From positions 1 to 32,200 of the forward strand of contig CAYJRR010000046.1 in NCBI GenBank assembly GCA_964372275.1: a stretch of DNA of 32,200 nt. Direction: 5' to 3'. The notes beneath the pieces were generated by a model that had not been told where the DNA came from, searched no databases, and saw only the letters and a program-made list of their open reading frames with translations. This DNA is from an uncultured bacterium. GTDB taxonomy: Bacteria > CAYJRR01. Positions 24,798-32,200 of this stretch are shown piece by piece (the stretch's first letter is position 1; each line of letters opens with the position of its first letter). The position numbers and the translations under genes were made by a program.

Positions 24798-26228
24798 CTA
24801 CTTGAAGTCCTCTTTTCGGATCCGGTATTGCCGCATCTTCTCGAAGAAGCCGCGGCGGCTGATACCGGCGTGCTGGTAGGACTTCTTGATGTTGCCGCGG
24901 TACTCGTGGAGCAGGCGGGTGATGTACTCGGCCTCCAGCCGCTCGGTGAGCTGGTTGGTCAGCTCTTTCAGCGGCACGGCGATGTCGACCACCGTCGGCA
25001 CCGGGATCGGCGCGCTGCCGGCGGAGGAGAGCAGCGCGGCGCGGCCGTCGTTCTCCGGAAGGTCGACCTCCTCGATCGTCCGGTCCCGCGAGAGGATTAG
25101 CGCCCGCTCGACGAAGTTCTCCAGCTCGCGCACGTTACCGGGCCAGTGGTAGCGGGCCATCTTCGCCAGCGCGCCGTCGGAGAAGCCGACGACGTTCGAG
25201 TTCGCCTTTCCGCGATACTTCGCCACGAAGTGCTCGACCAGGAGCGGCAGGTCCTCGATGCGGTCGCGCAGCGCCGGGAGGTCGATCGGGACGACGTTGA
25301 CCCGGTAGAACAGGTCTTCGCGGAACGTCCCCTGGCGGACCATCTTCTCCAGGTCGCGGTTGGTCGCGAGCACGATCCGGATGTCGACGTCGACGGGCAT
25401 GTTCCCGCCCACGCGGCGGATCTGCCGCTCCTGCAGGACCCGCAACAGCTTGGCCTGCATCGACAGCGGCACCTCGCCGATCTCGTCGAGGAAGATCGTC
25501 CCGCCGTGCGCCTCCTCGAAGCGCCCCGCCTTGCGCTTGATTGCGCCGGTGAACGCCCCCTTCTCGTGGCCGAACAGTTCGCTCTCCAGGAGCGATTCCG
25601 GGATGGCGGCGCAGTTGACCGAGACGAACGGCTTCTCGACGCGCGGCGAGACCTCGTGCAGCGCGCGCGCCACCAGCTCCTTCCCGGTTCCGGTCTCCCC
25701 CAGCACCATCACCGTCGCGTCGCTGGGGGCGATGCTGTTGATCAGGGAGAAGACCTTCTTCATCCGCGGGGTGAGACCGATGATCCCGTGGAAGCGGCCC
25801 GATTCGACCATCTGCCCTCGAAGCCGCGAGATCTCCTGCTCGCGCATCCGTCGCTCGATCACCCGCTTCGCGCGCAGGATCAGCTCGGCCGGGTCGAACG
25901 GGCGGAGGATGAAGTCGGCGGCCCCGTCGCGCATCGCCTTGAGCGCGAGGTCGAGCATCCCGCGCTCGGCGACCCCGAGGATGTCGAGGTTGGGCGCCGA
26001 CTCACGCAGCGTCGGAACGGCCCCGGCGAGCGCGCGTTCCATCGCCATGAGCAGCAGCGCGCACGTCTTGAGCGTGGGATGGGTCAGCGCCTCTTCGACC
26101 GTGGCGACCGCCTCGGTGGTGAACCCTTCGATCTGCAGGACGTTCTTCAGGTACTCGCGCTTGGGCCGGTCGGGCTCGATCACCAGGATCGGTCGGTCGA
26201 TGCGAATCGGGGTCCCGGAGAAGGGCAC
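24798..26228 (-). CDS. Sigma54-dependent enhancer-binding protein with a degenerate (pseudo) receiver domain
   Basis: GETGTGKE, ESELFGHEKGAFTGA, FLDEIGE, FREDLFYR, WPGNVREL, C-terminal Fis-like HTH; N-terminal REC fold lacks canonical residues. Confidence 0.93.
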   Translation of the reverse strand: MPFSGTPIRIDRPILVIEPDRPKREYLKNVLQIEGFTTEAVATVEEALTHPTLKTCALLLMAMERALAGAVPTLRESAPNLDILGVAERGMLDLALKAMRDGAADFILRPFDPAELILRAKRVIERRMREQEISRLRGQMVESGRFHGIIGLTPRMKKVFSLINSIAPSDATVMVLGETGTGKELVARALHEVSPRVEKPFVSVNCAAIPESLLESELFGHEKGAFTGAIKRKAGRFEEAHGGTIFLDEIGEVPLSMQAKLLRVLQERQIRRVGGNMPVDVDIRIVLATNRDLEKMVRQGTFREDLFYRVNVVPIDLPALRDRIEDLPLLVEHFVAKYRGKANSNVVGFSDGALAKMARYHWPGNVRELENFVERALILSRDRTIEEVDLPENDGRAALLSSAGSAPIPVPTVVDIAVPLKELTNQLTERLEAEYITRLLHEYRGNIKKSYQHAGISRRGFFEKMRQYRIRKEDFK

Positions 26229-26234
26229 CCGTCC

Positions 26235-26264
26235 ACGCTATTCCCGGCGGCGGAGGTCCGTCAA
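26235..26264 (-). promoter_or_regulatory. Sigma70-type promoter implying a leaderless mRNA for the enhancer-binding protein
   Basis: TTGACG-N18-TAGCGT-N6-GTG. Confidence 0.6.
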
Positions 26265-26854
26265 GGAAAATGGGCAGAAAAAAGCACATCGACGATTCGC
26301 TCCCGGCGGAGACGTTCCGGTGATTGCCCACCGGCCCTCGCCTGTACGACGGCCAGCGCCGCGCCGAGCGTCTGCAGGTCGAGGACGTCCCCCGGATCGA
26401 GGTCGGCGAGCGCGACGTCGACGAAATTGAGTTCGCACACCGCGAGCGTGCCGCCGGCGTCCGCCGCACCGGACGGACGATCGAGGTCGGGCCCGTCGGA
26501 AAGGATCGGCAGCCGCGCGTCGCCCGGGAGCCGCATCGGCAGTCCGTGCGTCCGGCAGACGATGGGGCGGACGTCGTAGATCCCGCAGGTGCCGTCGGCG
26601 GCGAGCGCGGGGCAGGGACCGGGGCGGGTGCCGACCTCGGCGGCCCGTGCGGCGAGCGCCGCGCGTTCCTCCGGGGAGAGCGCCGCCAGGCCCTCGCGGA
26701 TCGCCTGGGCCTCCACCGCCGTGACCGAGAGTGAATGCCGGCAGCAGTCGCTGCATCCGGCGCGGCAGGCGAACCGCTCCGGGTGCGCCGCGCGCACGCG
26801 GGCGAAGAAGGCGTCGACCTTGGTCACCAGGGTGCGGTATTCGCGGAGATCCAT
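26261..26854 (-). CDS. YkgJ-family cysteine cluster (CxxxCxxCC) protein
   Basis: CRAGCSDCC, CPAL..GTCGIYDVRPIVCRTHGLP, CELNF. Confidence 0.88.
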   Translation of the reverse strand: MDLREYRTLVTKVDAFFARVRAAHPERFACRAGCSDCCRHSLSVTAVEAQAIREGLAALSPEERAALAARAAEVGTRPGPCPALAADGTCGIYDVRPIVCRTHGLPMRLPGDARLPILSDGPDLDRPSGAADAGGTLAVCELNFVDVALADLDPGDVLDLQTLGAALAVVQARAGGQSPERLRRERIVDVLFSAHFP

Positions 26855-26946
26855 GGGGTCTGTCGGGGTCGATCCTATTGAATCCGCTCCGGTCAAGACC
26901 ATCCTACTTTCGAGGAGGTCCTTTCGCTCCGGGAGGGGCGGCGTCG

Positions 26947-28908
<1,962 letters not shown>

Positions 28909-28914
28909 ACACCG

Positions 28915-29067
28915 AGAAAGGCGACGGCCGGAACCCCGTCGGGGATTCCGGCCGTCAAAACGCGGGCCGATCGAAGGAGCTGCCAGACGAGTGACACGAG
29001 GAGGGGCCTATCACTCGTCGTCGATCGGGTGGGGGATCCAAGGCAAGGGCCCCCGACCGACCCGCGC
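28915..29067 (-). ncRNA. Candidate structured small RNA (~150 nt) with an anti-SD loop
   Basis: Promoter upstream; 14-bp closing stem with 3 G-U pairs; 11-bp inner hairpin with loop GGCCCCUCCUCG; terminator hairpin downstream. Confidence 0.55.
28923..28956 (-). terminator. Terminator-like hairpin between ftsH and the candidate sRNA
   Basis: GACGGCCGGAA(T)CCCC-GAC-GGGGTTCCGGCCGTC, 15-bp stem. It is followed by GCCTTTCTC on the minus strand and by AAAA on the plus strand. Confidence 0.7.
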
Positions 29068-29071
29068 GGAC

Positions 29072-29120
29072 AACGTATCAACCGCCCCGCTCCTCCCAAG
29101 CACTTTCCGAAAATTCTTTT
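29072..29120 (-). promoter_or_regulatory. Putative sigma70-type promoter with an AT-rich UP-like element
   Basis: Minus strand AAAAGAATTTTCGGAAA...TTGGGA-N16-TACGTT, 4 nt before the structured segment. Confidence 0.45.
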
Positions 29121-29175
29121 CGAGCGGACCGGACCGAACCGAGGGGCCGCCTCCGGAATCCGGCTGGCAGGGCCG

Positions 29176-30171
29176 CTACTCGAGGGACGCGCCCGCTTCG
29201 CGCTCCATCTCCCGGGAGAGGGTCTCGAGGTCGACCTTCTTGATCTCCGCGGTCCGCTCGCCGACGGCGATCCCGTCGCGCTTGGCGATCTCGGTGGATC
29301 GCGTGAGGTTGACCTTTGCCTTGACGTAGCCCGGATCGCCCTGCAGCGCGGTGCGGTAGGCATCGACGGCGCGCACCAGCTCTCCCCGCTTCTCGTAGGC
29401 GAGCCCCAGGTTGTTCCAGATCCGCGGGCTCACCCCCGACTCGAAGCTGACCGCCTTCTCGAGCTCCCTCACGGCGTCGTCGTACCGGCCGAGCACCAGG
29501 TGCGCCAGACCCAGGTTGCTGTAGGTCCACGGAGAGTCCGAGCCGTGGGCGATCGCCTCCTCCGACGCCTCGATCGACTCCTTCCACATCTCCTTCCCCT
29601 GGTAGGCGCGGGCCATCAGCCGGTAGGTCTCCGGCCGCCCGCGGTCGATCCGCGTCACGCGGCGCAAGGCGGTCAGCGCGCCGTCGTAGTCGCGCTGCTC
29701 GAGCCGCGTCTCCGCGAGCAGCTCCCAGGTCTGCGGATCGCCCGCGCGCTCGGCGGCCCGCTCCAGATGCAGCACCGCGCTCTTGGCATCGCCGTTCGAA
29801 CGATAGACCTCGCCCAGGAGGCGTCGCGTTTCGACGTCGTCGGGGTCGTCGAACACACCCCGCTCGAGCTCCGCGATCGCTTCCTCGGTCCGGCCCCCTT
29901 CGAGCTGCGTGAAGGCGCGGCGCAGGTGATCCCCTTCGCACGTTTCGTGCGGCTGACCCGACCCGGGCGGCACCGCCGCCGTCACGTCGAGCCCCTCGAA
30001 CGGGTCGGAAAGCTTCGCGCCCGTGCCCTCGGGCGCGTTGGCGCCGACGACCGTCCCGGGCACTTCGGGGCGGATCGATCCGGTGGAGGGGGCGACGTTC
30101 GGCGGGCGCGAATCGCGGCATCCGGCGGCGGCGAGCACGAGCGGCAGCACGATCGAAACGGGGCGGTTCAT
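29176..30171 (-). CDS. Tetratricopeptide repeat lipoprotein
   Basis: AGGAG RBS; MNRPVSIVLPLVLAAAGC lipobox; about 6 TPRs (YSNLGLA, WNNLGLAYE). Confidence 0.88.
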   Translation of the reverse strand: MNRPVSIVLPLVLAAAGCRDSRPPNVAPSTGSIRPEVPGTVVGANAPEGTGAKLSDPFEGLDVTAAVPPGSGQPHETCEGDHLRRAFTQLEGGRTEEAIAELERGVFDDPDDVETRRLLGEVYRSNGDAKSAVLHLERAAERAGDPQTWELLAETRLEQRDYDGALTALRRVTRIDRGRPETYRLMARAYQGKEMWKESIEASEEAIAHGSDSPWTYSNLGLAHLVLGRYDDAVRELEKAVSFESGVSPRIWNNLGLAYEKRGELVRAVDAYRTALQGDPGYVKAKVNLTRSTEIAKRDGIAVGERTAEIKKVDLETLSREMEREAGASLE

Positions 30172-30321
30172 GGCGTCTCTCCTTCTCGGCCCGCGTGCGG
30201 GCGTCTCTGGAGGAGGACACTTCACCCGATGTGCCACGGCCGGACGGCCCCCGATCGATCCGCGCAACGTTCCGCCATCACATTGGATTCGCGCCAGGCG
30301 CGGGCGGTCGTCGGCCGGCCT

Positions 30322-31035
30322 CTAGTGCGTTTCTTCGGACACGATGCGGCAAGGGACCGTGCGGGAAGGGTCGAGGTCGACCCGAAACCGCGTCGTCGAT
30401 CCATCGTCGTGGCGGACCTCGGTGTAGTCGCCGTCGCGGTCGGTGATCGCCGACCAACCCGTGCCGTCGACGCAGAGATTCCGGTCGAGACGATCACCGA
30501 AGGTGTAGTGGAGCTCGTTTCGTCCGTGCTCGATGTAGAGCACCGACTCCTGCGCGAACAGGCGGCCGAGCGCGCGGACCTCGTCGCGCCGTGGGTCGGT
30601 GACCAGGAACGACAACTCCTCCCCGCCGTAATGACCAACGACCTGGAGGAATGCGTAGCCGTCCTCGACGAGGAGCCGGCGTAGGCGGTCGTTTCGCGCG
30701 GAAAGATCCGAGGCGGAAAAAGCGCGATCGGCTGGCAGGCTCGGGTTGGGGCCGGCGCTGACGATGGCGATGCGGCCGTGGTCGAGTAACGCGGCGAGCT
30801 CCTCGGGTGATAGCGACACCTCACCACCCAGTCCTGTACCGCGGCGCGCGATCCGTTCGTCGAGCGATCGGTCGATCGTCCGACCGGGGGCCGTCGCGTC
30901 GGCCACGTGGCGGCGGAGTGTGGCGACGGCGACCTCGGGGGCGGCGCAGTCGCTCGCGCGGGACCTCGCGGACCACGACGTCGCGAGAAGGAGGGCGGCG
31001 AGCAGAAAGGCGGTGCGGCGCGGCGGTCGGCGCAT
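30322..31035 (-). CDS. Exported hypothetical protein with a DUF3293-like core
   Basis: Signal peptide; IVSAGPNP...RNDRL..LL...GHYGGEELSFLV....LGRLFAQESVLY. Confidence 0.65.
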   Translation of the reverse strand: MRRPPRRTAFLLAALLLATSWSARSRASDCAAPEVAVATLRRHVADATAPGRTIDRSLDERIARRGTGLGGEVSLSPEELAALLDHGRIAIVSAGPNPSLPADRAFSASDLSARNDRLRRLLVEDGYAFLQVVGHYGGEELSFLVTDPRRDEVRALGRLFAQESVLYIEHGRNELHYTFGDRLDRNLCVDGTGWSAITDRDGDYTEVRHDDGSTTRFRVDLDPSRTVPCRIVSEETH

Positions 31036-31050
31036 CGTCCGGCCGGGGTT

Positions 31051-31066
31051 CGCAACGCGCGGGCCA
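31051..31066 (-). promoter_or_regulatory. Putative sigma54 promoter
   Basis: Minus strand TGGCCC-GCGCG-TTGCG; ATG 17 nt after the -12 C. Confidence 0.55.
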
Positions 31067-31150
31067 ACGGCAACCCTCGGGAATCACGTCGATCGCGTCG
31101 CGTCGATCGGGCCCAGCGATGTCCCAGAATGGAAAAAATCCTCGGTGGCG

Positions 31151-31753
31151 TCAGCCCTGCCGGCCTTCGATGGCGAGAAGGAGGATTACGGCGGCCAGAC
31201 CCAGGCGGCGGTCGAGACGCCCTTCGACGTCGGCGCCGAAGTCGACCCGGTGCTTGAGGACGAACGGGTTGAACGCCTGCTTGATCTCCCCCACCTTCGC
31301 GCCGCCGATCGTCACCTGGAACGTCTGGGGGATCAGGTTGGAGAGGAAGCGGCGGAGCATCGCCATCAGCGCGCTGTCCTCCTTGATCGATCCGATCTCA
31401 CGGTCGGTCGCGTCGAGGACCAGCCACTCGTCGATCAGGATCGACTTCCAGCCCTTCCGCTTCAGCGCGCCGATCTTCTGTCCGGTGGCCGGATCGACCA
31501 CGTCGTAGGCGGCGGCGAAGTCGATCACCTGCCGCGCGCGGATCAGCAAGAGTTCCCGCGACGCCTGCTCGTCGGTGTAGACGCGGATGTCCTCCTTCAG
31601 CTTGAACGCCTTCTGTCTCACGAAGGCGATCAGCGCCCCCGACTCGTCGTAGAGGTGGAACTTCGCCCCGAGGAAGCTGAACACCTTCCGGCGGGCGAGG
31701 AATCGGCTTGCGGCGAAGGGTGCGGGGGCGGGGAGCGGGGCGGGGGTGGCCAT
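31151..31753 (-). CDS. LURP-one/scramblase (Tubby-C-like) family protein
   Basis: RKVFSFLGAKFHLYD, QKAFKLKEDIRVY, IGALKRKGWKS, LDRRLGLAAVILL. Start is 31753 or 31768. Confidence 0.8.
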   Translation of the reverse strand: MATPAPLPAPAPFAASRFLARRKVFSFLGAKFHLYDESGALIAFVRQKAFKLKEDIRVYTDEQASRELLLIRARQVIDFAAAYDVVDPATGQKIGALKRKGWKSILIDEWLVLDATDREIGSIKEDSALMAMLRRFLSNLIPQTFQVTIGGAKVGEIKQAFNPFVLKHRVDFGADVEGRLDRRLGLAAVILLLAIEGRQG

Positions 31754-31773
31754 CGGGAGAGTGTACATCACGG

Positions 31774-32200
31774 TCAGCCCGCGTCGTCGCGGGCGATCCC
31801 GAGCGCGCGCATCTTCTTGTAGAGGTGCGACCGCTCCAACTCCAGCTCCTTGGCGGTGTTCGAGACGTGCCAGCGGTTGCGCTCCAGCGCGTGGACGATG
31901 ATCTCGCGCTCGGCGGCGGCGACCTGGTCCCGGAGCGGGCCGGTGCCCCAGGCGCCGCGGCCGGCGTCCGCGGCGCGGGCGCCGCCGGAGACGAGCGCGC
32001 GCACCGCGGCGGCATCGACGGTGGGACCCGGAGTGAGGATCGTGAGCCGCTCGATCGTGTTCTTGAGCTCCCGCACGTTCCCCGGCCAATCGTGCTCGGC
32101 GAGCAGCGACCTCGCGTCGGCCTCGAACGTCTTCGGCTTGACGGCGTTCTCGCGCGCGGCGAGCGCCACGAAGTGGTCGATCAGCGCCGGCAGGTCCTCC
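31774..32200 (-). CDS. C-terminal part of a sigma54-dependent Fis-family regulator (NtrC/NtrX-like), 5' truncated
   Basis: WPGNVRELKNTIERL and HTH ending TAKELELERSHLYKKM. Confidence 0.9.
   Translation of the reverse strand, partial: EDLPALIDHFVALAARENAVKPKTFEADARSLLAEHDWPGNVRELKNTIERLTILTPGPTVDAAAVRALVSGGARAADAGRGAWGTGPLRDQVAAAEREIIVHALERNRWHVSNTAKELELERSHLYKKMRALGIARDDAG

Noticed and set aside
28915-29067. Identification of the structured element as SRP RNA, 6S RNA or tRNA
   Set aside because: No SRP domain IV motif or tRNA cloverleaf. It is shorter and more asymmetric than a typical 6S RNA. Rejected by eye only; needs cmscan.
28991-29329. Small plus-strand ORF after AAGGAG (possible type I toxin)
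   Set aside because: The translation is not hydrophobic, has atypical codon usage and runs antisense into the TPR gene.

Overview
GC-rich bacterial chromosomal window of about 33 genes with a Myxococcota/deltaproteobacterial-type repertoire (inferred from gene content). Housekeeping genes: an RluA pseudouridine synthase, lexA, a CoA-type Nudix hydrolase, a PcrA/UvrD helicase, ftsH, and a split heme cluster (ccsA-like, hemA, hemC, hemD on the minus strand; hemB on the plus strand inside another operon). Also present: two histidine kinases, a single-domain response regulator, two sigma54 enhancer-binding proteins (one truncated at the window edge), several lipoproteins/TPR proteins, and three translationally coupled MJ0042-type zinc-ribbon membrane proteins. 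No mobile element, CRISPR array, tRNA or rRNA was seen. The most interesting signals are non-coding. (1) A candidate ~105-nt RNA at 24079-24183 (-) has a near-consensus sigma54 promoter, two long hairpins and a U8 terminator. It lies beside a stand-alone MshEN (c-di-GMP-binding type) protein and a sigma54 activator with a degenerate receiver domain. (2) A candidate ~150-nt structured RNA at about 28915-29067 (-) has its own promoter and terminator and an anti-Shine-Dalgarno loop. The two candidates share a GAGUGAUnnGCCCC hairpin-apex motif. Several further sigma54 promoters and apparently leaderless genes are visible. All calls were made by eye without database searches.
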